Shown: piece by piece, positions 26,209 through 39,412 of the stretch
How positions within the stretch are numbered: position 1 is the first letter of the stretch
How the letters are laid out: every line of letters starts with the position of its first letter
Assembly (NCBI GenBank): GCA_964016885.1
Contig: OZ024745.1
Coordinates: forward strand, 29,264,001 to 29,328,000
From: Eledone cirrhosa
Lineage: Eukaryota
Length of the DNA stretch: 64,000 nt
Direction of reading: 5' to 3'
Position numbers and translations under genes: made by a program
Notes under the pieces: generated by a model
Databases searched by the model: none
The model's input: the letters and a program-made list of their open reading frames with translations, nothing else
Told to the model about the DNA's origin: nothing

Positions 26209-27107
26209 ACCCAGTACACTTGTAAAGTGGTAGTGCTGGTGCCACTATAAAATGTACACAGTACACTGTGTAAAGTGGTAAAGTGGTAGTGCTGGTGCCA
26301 CTATGAAATGCACCCAGTACACTGTGTAAAGTGGTAGTGCTGGTGCCACTATGAAATGCACCCAGTACACTTGTAAAGTGGTAGTGCTGGTGCCACTATA
26401 AAATGTACACAGTACACTGTGTAAAGTGGTAAAGTGGTAGTGCTGGTGCCACTATGAAATGCACCCAGTACACTGTGTAAGGTGATAAAGTGGTAGTGCT
26501 GGTGCCAGAGTAAAATGTACACAGTACACTGTGTAAAGTGGTAAAGTGGTAGTGCTGGTGCCACTATGAAATGCACCCAGTACACTGTGTAAAGTGGTAG
26601 TGCTGGTGCCACTATAAAATGTACACAGTACACTGTGTAAAGTGGTAAAGTGGTAGTGCTGGTGCCACTATGAAATGCACCCAGTACACTGTGTAAAGTG
26701 GTAGTGCTAGTGCCACTATAAAATGTACACAGTACACTGTGTAAAGTGGTAAAGTGGTAGTGCTGATGCCACTATGAAATGCACCCAGTACACTGTGTAA
26801 AGTGGTAGTGCTGGTGCCACTATGAAATGCACCCAGTACACTGTGTAAGGTGATAAAGTGGTAGTGCTGGTGCCAGAGTAAAATGTACACAGTACACTGT
26901 ATAAAGTGGTAAAGCGGTAGTGCTGGTGGTACAGTAAAATGTACCCAGTACACTGTATAAAGTGTTGGTGCCACTATGAAATGTACCCAGTACACTCTGT
27001 AAGCTGGTAGTGCTGGTGCCATGATAAAATACACCCAGCCCACTCTGTAAAGTGGTAGTGCTGGTGCCACAGTAAAATGTACCCAGTACACCCTGTAAAG
27101 TGGTAGT
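26209..27107 (+). repeat. 48/56-bp minisatellite derived from the RTE 3'UTR module, with alternating variants
   Basis: Units aaagtggtagtgctggtgccactat(g/a)aaatg(c/t)ac(c/a)cagtacactgtgt; homologous to 54249-54297. Confidence 0.88.
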
Positions 27108-27353
27108 GTGTTTGTATGTCCAATGTCTGGCTGATGTCAGGTAGTTCATATCTCTACTTTCACTATAAAACTGAGTGTCAGTTTCCACAATAAAACTGTG
27201 TATATACTCTCTGTGTTTATGTATGTATGTATGTATGTATGTATGTATGTATGTATGTATGTATGTATGTATGTATGTATGTATGTTTTCTCTTTCTCTT
27301 AATTTCGAGTATATTTTTTTGACCGGCCACCTTCCTGGTGGCAAGGTTGTATG

Positions 27354-27385
<32 letters not shown>

Positions 27386-27520
27386 GTTATATCTGTATAA
27401 ATACAGCATGTATAATTATGACTGCAGCAACATGTATAAATATATACATATATCTAATATGTAGACATGTAAACATGCCAGAAAATACGTATTTCCCTGT
27501 AAATTGAAAAAAAATGATAA

Positions 27521-27569
27521 ACATCTTTAATTGATTTTCAGATCTAATTGGACCCTCGTCAGAAGGTGT
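27521..27569 (-). ncRNA. Minimal type I hammerhead ribozyme within a short repeat at about 27386-27660
   Basis: Minus strand: acacctt CTGACGA gggtc caatta gatct GAAA atcaatTA aagatgt; stems I and II can pair. Confidence 0.65.
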
Positions 27570-27745
27570 ATATATCATTCAAAACTACAATGAAAGGTGT
27601 ATTTCATGGGTGTATACACCCATTCACTCTTAGTATTATTCTGAAATGGTCATAATAATCTGCATGTAATTAGTGCTCGTGTTGGTAATTAAGATATATA
27701 TTAAGAAGTGTGCTAGCAGCCAAAGTGTATGATGAAGTTATATTA

Positions 27746-28375
27746 GTGTGATAGTGAGTGGAGGAGTGAGTGTGGTAGTGAGTGGAGGGTGAGTGTGGTA
27801 GTGAGTGGAAGGATGAGTGTGGTAGTGAGTGGAGGGGTGAGTGGAAGGGTGAGTGTGATAGTGAGTGGAGGAGTGAGTGTGGTAGTGAGTGGAAGGATGA
27901 GTGTGGTAGTGAGTGGAAGGATGAGTGTGGTAGTGAGTGGAAGGATGAGTGTGGTAGTGAGTGGAAGGATGAGTGTGGTAGTGAGTGGAGGGGTGAGTGG
28001 AAGGGTGAGTGTGGTAGTGAGTGGAGGAGTGAGTGTGGTAGTGAGTGGAGGGGTGAGTGTGGTAGTGAGTGGAAGGGTGAGTGGAGGGTGAGTGGAAGGG
28101 AGTGGAGGGGTGAGTGTGGTAGTGAGTGGAGGAGTGAGTGTGGTAGTGAGTGGAGGGTGAGTGTGGTAGTGAGTGGAAGGGTGAGTGTTGTAGTGAGTGG
28201 AGGGTGAGTGTGGTAGTGAGTGGAGGAGTGAGTGTAGTAGTGAGTGGAAGGGTGAGTGTGGTAGTGAGTGGAAGGGTGAGTGTGGTAGTGAGTGGAGGGG
28301 TGAGTGTGGTAGTGAGTGGAGGGGTGAGTGAGGTAGTGAATGGAGGGGTGAGTATGGTAGTGAGTGTAGTAGTGT
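27746..28375 (+). repeat. 24-bp G-rich minisatellite gagtgtggtagtgagtgga(a/g)gg(a/g)t
   Basis: Directly visible. Confidence 0.9.
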
Positions 28376-28396
28376 GTGGCGGAATGAGTGAGTATA

Positions 28397-28436
<40 letters not shown>

Positions 28437-28467
28437 AAGAATCAAAGAACTGTTCAAAACATTATTG

Positions 28468-28514
28468 TGCTTACAGCTGTTTCCTCCAAACCGAGGTTTG
28501 GATTCTTCGGAGCA
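28468..28514 (-). ncRNA. Minimal hammerhead ribozyme variant (CCGAAGA core)
   Basis: tgct CCGAAGA a tccaaacc tc ggtttgga g GAAA cagctg TA agca; palindromic stem III. Confidence 0.6.
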
Positions 28515-29955
28515 ATTTATTAATGCATGGACAGTTATATGACCTCCTTTTCAGCCGAGTGACATACCAATACATATTCAAACATTGATACATATTCAAA
28601 CATTGTGGGTCAACATTCATTACAAAATTTAGAGTGGCAGTACACACTTCGAGATTACATTTATATTAATAGGTACAATCAAAAATCAAAGATATAGGTT
28701 AAAGTACAACATGAAGATAAGTGGTTATATAGTGCAAATGTTATATGTGTGGCACGCATGTGCGTCTTGTTTATATAGTGTGGCAGAGAGATATGTGTGG
28801 TAGAGGCACTTAGGTAGGTAAATAAGAGTGTTAGGTTGGTAGATCTGGTGGCAAAGTCTTTATATGATTGATGTAGTCTGTGTGTGGAGAAATATTATAA
28901 GCATTAAAGATAGTGCAAGCATTAAAAGTGTTATAAGTATTGGAGATGCACAACGCAGGGATGTCAAGTAATTCATGTACTTCGGCATTTTCATGGTCAA
29001 GGGAGTGTATATTTCGATTATATGCCTTTCACATAATCCACGACAATCCAGTTAGAGATCGTAGTCTGGTGTTCTTTAGTTCGATACAGGAGGTTTACGT
29101 TTCGAGAGACGCCATTGAATACCGGAAGTGTGTGTGTGGCTAAGGGGAGTTAATGCATGCGGGGAGGTAACTCTGGGGTTTCCATATCTAGCCATTAAAA
29201 TGTGTCCCAATATGGACCCTAAATTCTATGGTGAGGTGCACCTTCCAAGAGAGACTTTTAAAGCATAAAGTGTACTAACTATAGAGTAGTTTAACTAAAT
29301 TATGCTGAAGGTGATCATATTATTATTAAGGTGGATTAACCCATCTCAAGGTGCTACAAATGGAAATTATAGATGATGAGCGAGGATTCTAAATTAATGA
29401 TCTCTGTGGTTGTAGTCTGCTCATATGACCAGGCGCGGTGATTGCAGGATTGCTTCAGGACCCAATGATCTCTGGTAAGATCTGGGTCATCGCTTGCTAC
29501 ATTGGATGTCGAAAGATAATCGTCCCCAGGCAGGCCAAAGGTCAATCCGCAGTCCTCGCGACCCCTCTCTGACCGTCAGATCATCCATATAGGTACAACC
29601 CGCACGGCAGTTGCATTGCATTCACTCACTGCGCTCAGCAGCCCGGTCCTACTGGTCAACAGCGCTACTCGATTAAATCATTTTACATCTGTCTAAGGAA
29701 GGTGTTTCCTCTGCCCAACACCATCCAACCGATCAATTCATGCTCAAATTACCCTTAGAGCGGTGTAGTGCCGTCCAGGTGGGTGGATGTTGTCACACCT
29801 GCCGTAGAGGTATAAATGGGTATTTTCCCTGCGAAGGGTTCCAGAGGGATGTCGTTGTTTGTGTTATAATGGATCAGCTAGTGTTGGGTATGTAGTATAG
29901 GGTGTGTTTCTGGTGTTTGATGCTAGATGTGGTGTTAGGTTCCAGTCCGACATTG

Positions 29956-30420
29956 CTATATATAGGGCTTAAAGTTTTGGAAGGAATGTCTGAGGCGGTG
30001 CTGGCAAGTTGCAAACACCTCAGATTTTTTGTTAAGTAGGTTACGGTTGGAGAAGATAATATTGTGTGTCTCTAGTATACAGAGGTTACAGAATTTATTA
30101 GGTGGTTTGTACGAGGTCGCGCTGCCTATCACTTCCCATTTGAGTGTGTATGGTTTATTTTTAGATTTTAGATAGTGTATGTAGCTAGAAAGTGAGGTGG
30201 AGTTGGCTAGGCTGTGCTTTTTGAACGAGTGGATGTGCGAGTTATATCTAATTTTGAAGCAGTTAGAGGTGGAGCCTACATAGGTTTCTGAAGAGTTATT
30301 AGTCGTGACTGTGCATGAGTATATGACATCCTTGGTTAGGCATTTTTTATCTAAAGGGCAGGTTCTATTAGCTCTACAGTTACAATTATTCTGTGCGTTA
30401 GTCCGCTGGTTATAATGCAA
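29956..30420 (-). CDS. PLE C-terminal GIY-YIG endonuclease (fragment)
   Basis: CNCRANRTCPLDKKC..DVIY..V.....TYVGST...FKIRY.SH..SF....TSLS.YI..LK......KW...CNLC..E...LLNKKSE...CQH. Confidence 0.85.
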   Translation of the reverse strand: MHYNQRTNAQNNCNCRANRTCPLDKKCLTKDVIYSCTVTTNNSSETYVGSTSNCFKIRYNSHIHSFKKHSLANSTSLSSYIHYLKSKNKPYTLKWEVIGSATSYKPPNKFCNLCILETHNIIFSNRNLLNKKSEVFATCQHRLRHSFQNFKPYI

Positions 30421-30659
30421 TGCGGAAGTCTGTGTGGTGGATATAGGATTTTGGGTGTTCAGGTTGACAACCCTGGTGTTATTACTTATACTAGTGTTAT
30501 TTCTATTGTTACTGCCGTTATACTAGTGTTATACTATTGTTATTTCTATTGTAATGAATGTTGACCCACAATGTTTGAATATGTATCAATGTTTGAATAT
30601 GTATTGGTATGTCACTCGGCTGAAAAGGAGGTCATATAACTGTCCATGCATTAATAAAT

Positions 30660-30706
30660 TGCTCCGAAGAATCCAAACCTCGGTTTGGAGGAAACAGCTG
30701 TAAGCA
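30660..30706 (+). ncRNA. Minimal hammerhead ribozyme variant, inverted-arm copy
   Basis: Same sequence as 28468-28514 on the opposite strand. Confidence 0.6.
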
Positions 30707-30940
30707 CAATAATGTTTTGAACAGTTCTTTGATTCTTATATTTCATATAACTGCTCTGTAAATCATCTGATGTTTTTACATTGAGCTACTTAACTTACTG
30801 GTAATAAGGTAGTAATACATTACTGCCTACCACTATTTAGGGTGTGTGTAAAATACTTACAACTGCTTAAGGTTTTGTGTTTACATAACCATAAATAGTA
30901 TAACTAATACTATATATATATATATGAATATGTATATATA

Positions 30941-32035
30941 TCATCATCATCATCTTCGTTTAACGTCCATTTTCCACGCTAGCAGCAAGTGTCCACAGGA
31001 TACTAGCTCCTTCTATTGCTCAGATGGTTCTATAGAAATAGTAGACACTTTCCGTTACCTGGGTGACGAAATCAGCAGTGGTGGAGGGTGCTCTGAAAGT
31101 ACAGTAGCTAGAGTCAGAATGGGATGGAAAATGTGCAGAGAGCTTATACCGCTGTTGGCCACAAAAGGTTTCTCTCTAAAAATGAAAGGCAGATTGTATG
31201 ATGCTTGTATACGAACAGCAATGCTACATGGCAGTGAGACATGGACATTACGTGCAGAGGACCTGCACAGACTGGAAAGGAATGAAGCATGCATGCTCCG
31301 TTGGATGTGTAATAGTAATATACGTGAACAGCAAAGCATAAATGAACTAAGTTAGAAATTAGGAATAAGAGGGATCAGATGCTGTTTACTTGAGAGAAGA
31401 CTACGTTGGTATGGCCACGTGATGAGCATGAAAGACGACAGCTGTATAAAAAAGTGCAGGGTGATCAAAATTGATGGTAGTTACGGAGTAGGTAGACCCA
31501 GAAAAACCTGGGACGATCTGATAAATTCCGACCTTACACACTTGCACCTCTCTAAGACAGTGTCACTGGACCGAGATCTTTGGCGCTACGCAGTAATACA
31601 GAAGACCCGCCTTGCCTATGTACAAAGCGAAACCTACAGTCAGTAGGCACCTCTTAACCAAATATACACCCCAATCCACTACCCCTACCCTATCCTCCCA
31701 CTCCCACCAACACCACCCTCTCTCTATAAAGTTGGTACCACAACATCCAGTCCAAATAAATGAGATATCGAGATCGAGATCATGTAGGTGTCACGAGAAA
31801 AAACACAGTCCACGCTGTAATGTGGCATTGTAGGTAACACGGTAAAAAGTTCCCAGTTCCACACTGTAAATGTGGTTGGTGTTAGGAAGGGCATCCAGCC
31901 GTAGAAAACCTGCCAGATAGTCCTATATGAGCGAGACATGGTCACCCGACCAACCTTGCCTCAAGTGGGACAACTTCCGTCTAACCCATGCTAGCGTGGA
32001 AAATGGACGTTAAACGAAGATGATGATGATAATGA
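30941..32035 (+). mobile_element. 5'-truncated RTE LINE (subfamily 1) with an inverted copy of its own 3' tail at the 5' junction
   Basis: RT C-terminus [47 protein letters not shown]. 30941-30983 is complementary to about 31989-32030. Confidence 0.9.
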
Positions 32036-32269
32036 TGAATATGTATATATATATATATATACACACACTTATTGTTAACCTAGATATTCTCTGTCTGTTG
32101 AAATAACCTATTTCTTTTACATAATAGCTCATTCTGAGGTTATTCAATATTGTAACACATTTACACACTCACTCACACACACTCTCTCTTTCTCTTTGTA
32201 TATATATACGCATGCACACACACATACAATTAAATGCTGTGATAAACACCCACTCACACACTAAAAAAC

Positions 32270-32553
32270 AGTCTAAAGACTGTCTCGAACCTGGACGCTC
32301 ATCAGGCCGGTGATTATCCTTGGTTTCGTGGTGTGAAGCGACTGAGAGTACAAGACTCCCTCTTGGGTAGGACACCAGTCCATCATAGGATTAAACCCCC
32401 AGTTATTGCTGATACTCATTTTCAGCTGAGTATACTGGAGTAACTAATGTGAAATGTTTTATGCAAGAACACAACACACAACCCAGTTCAGGAATCAAAC
32501 CCACAACATTATCGTAAGTCCAACACCTTTACCTCTAGGTCACATACCTCCAC
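32270..32553 (-). mobile_element. Older tRNA-SINE with a conserved (Deu/Nin-like) central domain; two partial copies at about 14480-14660
   Basis: Minus strand gatggactggtgtcctacccaagagggagtcttgtactctcagtcgcttcacaccacgaaacc; degenerate A and B boxes. Domain name is from memory. Confidence 0.55.
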
Positions 32554-32866
32554 TCTCACATATTAATATATTCATGTATATGCATACACACCTCTCTCTC
32601 TCTCTCTCTATTTATATTATATTATATTATATTCATACATGGAATAAAGGCATTATCCAAGGTTTCAAGGCCTAAGTTTGACCATACTGCCTGAAAAGAT
32701 GAGGCATTGAAATAGTGACCTTTCTTCAAACAATGTCCTTCCTAACCACTTTCCAGCGTGTACCTGGTGCCTTTTTATGTTGGCACCAGCACTGCTACCT
32801 TTCAGGATGTACTGGGTGTGTTTTATCGTAGCACCTACTCATCTTAATGAGAGAAAACTAATTGCA

Positions 32867-33162
32867 TACCATATTTGCTGGTCTATTGGATGCACTTTAA
32901 AAAAAAAACATATAAAGATTTTTTTCCTGCATCCAATACACCTGTATCGCTGATGGTAGGTCGAACGGAGGGTGAGGACAATCATGGTTAAAAACAAATT
33001 AGTTTATATTACTATTAGTATTACTAATACTAAGATTTTCTGTGAAAACAAATTATTTTTTAATAAATTTATGTACTAAAATTCCTTTTTTCTCAAAATG
33101 TCCTTATAAAACCAGGGGGTTTCTTATACGAAGGGGCGTCTAATAGGCCAGCAAATATGTTA
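32867..33162. mobile_element. pogo/Tigger-like MITE
   Basis: Imperfect TIRs taccatatttgctggtctatt / aataggccagcaaatatgtta with TA ends. Confidence 0.65.
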
Positions 33163-33289
33163 ATTGCTGAGTAGACTAGATTGCAATATAGATGATAGAT
33201 TAATTAGTAAAACATGCAGGTTAGTGTTAATCATAATAATAGAAGCAAAGAACTCATTTGAGAAGTAAATATACAGATATTCATTTTAT

Positions 33290-34016
33290 ATCATCATCAT
33301 CATCATCATCAACGTTTAACGTCCGTGTTCCACGCTTGCATGGGTTTGGACGGGGGTAGTCCCACTTGAGGCAAGAGTGATTGTCTTGCTCGCATAGGAC
33401 TGTCTGGCAGGTTTTCTACAGTTGGATGCCCTTCCTAACACCAACCACATTTACAGTGTGGGTCTGGGAGGTTTTTACCGTGTTGCCTACACGGCCACAT
33501 TACAGCGTGGACTGTGTGTTTTTTTGTCGTGACACCTACACGATCTCATTTGTTTCGGCCTCGATGGCGCGGCACCAACATAACTTTACATAGAACGGGG
33601 TGGTGTGGATCGGGTGGGGGTGGGGGTGGTGGGACGGGGTGTATTTTGTTAGAGATGCCTACTGGCTGGAGTAGGTTTTACTATATATTTAGGTAAGGCG
33701 GGTCTTCTCTGTTACTGAGTACCGCCAAAGGTCTCGGTCCAGTGACATTGTCTTGGAGAGGTGTAAGTGTGTGATGTCGGAGTTTATCAGCTCGTCCCAG
33801 GTTTTTCTAGGTCTGCCTATTCCGTGACTACCGTCTATCTTTATTGCCCTGCACTTTGTTATACAGCTATCGACTTTCATGCGCATCACGTGTCCATACC
33901 AACGTAGCCTTCTCTCGAGTAAACAACATCTGATCCCTCTTATCTCTAATTTTTTCCTTAGTTCGTTTATGCTTTGCCGTTCACGTATATTACTGTTACA
34001 CATCCAGCGGAGCATG
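33290..34016 (-). mobile_element. 5'-truncated RTE LINE (subfamily 1)
   Basis: [24 protein letters not shown]; near-identical to 44139-44835. Confidence 0.92.
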
Positions 34017-34299
34017 TTCCTGTTTGTTTGTTTGTGTTTTCACAAACTCCTCCTATGGTTTTGGAGATAGACCCCCATAACCATATATATTCTGAAACTA
34101 CATTGCCCAGGGTACTTGGATAAGTATATTTCATTTTAATCAAAGGGTCCTCCGGAGGGTTTCTTGGGGGCACAAACCCCTGCTGAAAATGTTTTCCCTT
34201 CTATTTATATGAAATTTAAACCATAGGTAAATGACAAGATATGATGCCTATTCACAAAATTTCAGCAAATCTCAATAATATGAAGACACCCTAATGGGG

Positions 34300-35038
34300 T
34301 TTAAACCTCCTATAGTGAACATTTTGGCCAATAAATGGAACAAGATGTGTTGTAACAAGATTGCATGAGAACTTGATTGAAGCAACCATTATATTCGGGG
34401 CTTACAAAGGTCAAGCTCTTCTCATTCTGAGGATTCCACTTATACCAAGTGATAGCGTGTTGCTTTTTACATTTAAGAGGCTACAGTTCCCAGTGAGGCC
34501 ATGCTTTGCCATTAGCATCAATAAGAGGTCAAACTTTCAAAACTATTTGTATAGATCTGACAAACCCATCTTTCAGTTATGGCATGTTTTATGTGGTTGT
34601 ATCAAGGACTGGAACTTCAAAAAATCTCTACATTTTAGCCAATCAAAGAAAGACAAGAAATGTTTACCCTGAAGTTCTTCATTAGGACAAAGTATAAAAT
34701 ATATTTTCATGTATTTATTATGTTAAAAAATAAATAATTAAACTTTGAATTTCTAATTTGAAAATAATGCTTTACACAAAAATGAAATGATCAAGTTTTG
34801 AATTGATATTTTGAAAAAAATTATTTACAAGAAACAAAATAAGAATAAGATTTAATAGTGTAATTTTGATTTGATATATTACAAAAAATTTCCAATTTTT
34901 CATGCATTACATTTTACATTGAGTAATATTGAAATGCAGAGTTTTTCTCCATAAATTATATCACTGATTTAAAATCAATCATCATTTTCTTACAAAAAAA
35001 ATGTGTGAAATGCAGCAAGGTGCGGGTAATTCGGCTAG
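34300..35038 (+). mobile_element. Helitron 3' relic (PIF1-like helicase C-terminus and CTAG end)
   Basis: LIEATII.G.YKGQ.LLI.RIPLIPSD....FTFKRLQFPVRPCFAISINK; terminus gcagcaaggtgcgggtaattcggCTAG|T at 35035-35038. Confidence 0.8.
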
Positions 35039-35467
35039 TATTATATAAAGCTAAGATGAGGCCATAAAAAGATTTTGTCTGTTTCTTCTTCTTAATACTC
35101 TTGTCTATCATTCTATTTTTTTTCTGTCTCTCATTTTATCTTCTAATGAAGGACTATTGTCTGAAACATTAAGACTATTTTCCTACAAAATCAAATGTCA
35201 AATTAATATTGTATTGTTCCCCTATGTTATTTTCCTTGTTGACTTTTCACACACACACATTCACACACATATAAGGTTGAACAGTGAAAATAAATTACTA
35301 CTTAATCCATTGTTTTACAATTGTTTCAAAGAGCAAAATAAACTAAGATTTTATCAATATACTGACTAATATATAACAGTTATATAACTCCATAGTATTA
35401 GCCTTGATAAAATGCATCCATTCTGCCATTCCTCATCAGAAACAATTACACACACACACACATGCAT

Positions 35468-35522
<55 letters not shown>

Positions 35523-35671
35523 TGTAAAATCCTGACTGTAGCGGCAAGTGGTTTTGGCAAACCGCTTGGAGCCACAATTGGGATTTTACATATCTCTATA
35601 CCCACTCTACATCTCCCCATGTATTGAGTTCTCCCATGATTAGTGGTCTTTTCAGGCACAACACCACAGTT

Positions 35672-35675
35672 TCTC

Positions 35676-35738
<63 letters not shown>

Positions 35739-35957
35739 GTATATATATAAGTATATATATATATATGTATATATATGTATATATATATACCTGTATATAT
35801 ATATATGTATATATATATACCTGTATATATATATATGTATATATATATATGTATATATATATGTGTATATATATATATGTATATATATATATATGTGTAT
35901 ATATATGTATATATATATATATGTGTATATATATATATGTGTATATATATATATGTG

Positions 35958-36002
<45 letters not shown>

Positions 36003-36073
36003 GTATATATATATGTATATATATATGTATATATATATGTATATATATATATATGTATATATATATGTATATG

Positions 36074-36126
<53 letters not shown>

Positions 36127-36368
36127 GTATATATATATGTATATATATATATATGTATATATATATGTATATATATATGTATATATATATATATGTATAT
36201 ATATATGTATATATATATATGTATATATATATATATGTATATATATATGTATATATATATGTGTATATATATATGTATATATATATATATATATATGTAT
36301 GTATATATATATGTATATATATATGTATATATATATGTATATATATATATGTATATATATATGTATAT

Positions 36369-36416
<48 letters not shown>

Positions 36417-36435
36417 GTGTATATATATGTATATA

Positions 36436-36488
<53 letters not shown>

Positions 36489-36579
36489 GTATATATATAT
36501 GTATATATATATATGTATATATTATATATATATGTTATATATATGTATATATATATATGTATATATATATATGTATATA

Positions 36580-36630
<51 letters not shown>

Positions 36631-36999
36631 TATGTATATATATATATGTATATATATATATGTATTTATATATATATATTATATATTATATATATATATG
36701 TATATGTATATATATATATGTATATATATATATTTATGTATATATATATGTATATATATATGTATATATATATGTATATATATATGTATTATATATATAT
36801 ATATATGGATATATATATATGTATATATATATATATATGGATATATATATATGTATATATATATATATATGGATATATATATATGTATATATATATGTAT
36901 ATATATATGTATATATATATATATGGATATATATATATGGATATATATATATGTATATATATATGTATATATATATGTATATATATGTATATATATATG

Positions 37000-37030
<31 letters not shown>

Positions 37031-37031
37031 G

Positions 37032-37111
<80 letters not shown>

Positions 37112-37145
37112 TATATACATATATATACACATATATATAAATATA
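35672..37145. repeat. (CT)n followed by a long interrupted (TA)n/(TATG)n microsatellite
   Basis: Directly visible. Similar fields at 37698-39195, 40010-40375, 41126-42700 and 44838-45930. Confidence 0.95.
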
Positions 37146-37697
37146 TGGTCGGGTCGTTGGCGACTAAACTGGCAACCCCACCAAGGTTTCTTGGTGAGGA
37201 GGGTGACTTTGGACATCCTGCAGGACTAAAAACAAAACCTGTCAAAGGGCAAAAGAGCTATTAAGAGTCAATGGCCATCCAAAATCACCGGAGAGATGAC
37301 CCCTTAGCCTTTGTCAAGGCAGAATTCTAGGAGAAGGAAAACTCTGATATAACACCTGCAACCCTGATGGTATCCAATGATGTTGACTTGTTCTTCTTTT
37401 TGGTAAATATCATCTTGGTTAAGAGAGTGGGACTGGCTTTGTGCAGTGCCTTTGCTCACTATAAAAGCTTCACGGCACAGGCATTGCTTTATATCTGGAG
37501 ATCGCTCTGCACTTGTCGTCACATGGTACCATGGGCCCCAGCACTATGTGTCAATAATTGTCACAAGTGTAGTGTTTGTACAGAGTTTTCAAGTCGCTGT
37601 CTGGACTAAAAAGTCACACTCGTTCAGCGCATCGGTAGGGGTTCTCCTACATGGATATAAAGTAGTGGCCGTACTCGAAAACGAGTTGGCAGCCACC
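37145..37697 (+). mobile_element. Non-autonomous bipartite RTE-type element (RTE-like 5'UTR fused to a C-terminal zinc-finger end)
   Basis: Near-identical copy at 45985-46540; ctaggagaaggaaaactctga 5'UTR-like motif; degenerate C2H2 codons near the 3' end. Confidence 0.6.
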
Positions 37698-37720
37698 ATA
37701 TATATATGTATATATATATG

Positions 37721-37755
<35 letters not shown>

Positions 37756-37877
37756 GTATATATATATGTATATGTATATATATATGTATATATATATGTA
37801 TATGTATATATATATGTATATATATATGTATATGTATATATATATGTATATGTATATATATATGTATATATAATATG

Positions 37878-37940
<63 letters not shown>

Positions 37941-37953
37941 GTATATATATATG

Positions 37954-38026
<73 letters not shown>

Positions 38027-38034
38027 TATATATG

Positions 38035-38065
<31 letters not shown>

Positions 38066-38103
38066 TATATATATTATATGTATATATATATAGTATATAT
38101 ATG

Positions 38104-38134
<31 letters not shown>

Positions 38135-38135
38135 G

Positions 38136-38166
<31 letters not shown>

Positions 38167-38351
38167 GTATATATATATATGTATATATATATGTATATGT
38201 ATATATATATATGTATATATATATGTATATGTATATATATATATGTACATATATATGTATGTATATGTATATATGTATATATATTGTATATGTATATATA
38301 TATATATAATATGTATATATATATGTATATATGTATATGTATATATATATG

Positions 38352-38382
<31 letters not shown>

Positions 38383-38409
38383 GTATATATGTATATGTAT
38401 ATATATATG

Positions 38410-38460
<51 letters not shown>

Positions 38461-38608
38461 GTATATATATATGTATATGTATATATATATGTATTATATA
38501 TATATATATATGTATATATATGTATATGTATATATATATATGTATATATATATGTATATATATATGTATATGTATATATATATATGTATATATATGTATA
38601 TATATATG

Positions 38609-38645
<37 letters not shown>

Positions 38646-38727
38646 GTATATATATATGTATATGTATATATATATGTATATGTATATATATATGTATATG
38701 TATATGTATATATATATATATATGTAT

Positions 38728-38759
<32 letters not shown>

Positions 38760-39377
38760 GTATATATGTTATATATGTATATGTATATATATATGTATAT
38801 GTATATATATATGTATATGTATATGTATATATATATGTATATGTATATGTATATGTATATATATATGTATATGTATATATATATGTATATGTATATATAT
38901 ATGTATATATATGTATATATATATATATATGTATATGTATATATATAGTTATGTATATTATTATATGTATATGTATATATGTATATATATATATATGTAT
39001 ATATGTATATATATATATGTATATGTATATATGTATATGTATATATGTATATATATATGTATATATATATGTATATGTAATATATATGTATATATATATG
39101 TATATGTATTATATATATGTATATATATATGTATATGTATATATATATGTATATATATATGTATATATATATATAATGTATATGTATATGTATTATATCA
39201 TCATCATCACCCGTTTTACGTCCGTTCTTCCACGCTAGCATGGGTTAGACGGGTTGTCCTGTTGTGGACAACATGTATATATATATACATATATGTATAT
39301 ATATGTATATATATATATGTATATATATATATGTATATATATATATATGTATATATATGTATATATGTATATATATG

Positions 39378-39412
<35 letters not shown>

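Larger units (their letters stand above)
28428..30911 (-). mobile_element. 5'-truncated Penelope-like element with inverted pseudo-LTR arms (28428-28625 and 30549-30746)
   Basis: GIY-YIG ORF, 198-bp arms that appear identical, a hammerhead motif in each arm, (TA)n flanks. Confidence 0.85.

Noticed and set aside
32275-32310. Hammerhead-like CTGATGAG...CGAGAC on the minus strand
   Set aside because: GAAA is absent, stems I and II do not pair, and it is part of a SINE body.
35375-35450. CTGATGAG on the minus strand in a short repeat (related copy near 62500-62570)
   Set aside because: There is no downstream GAAA or stem I partner, and the motif differs in the second copy.
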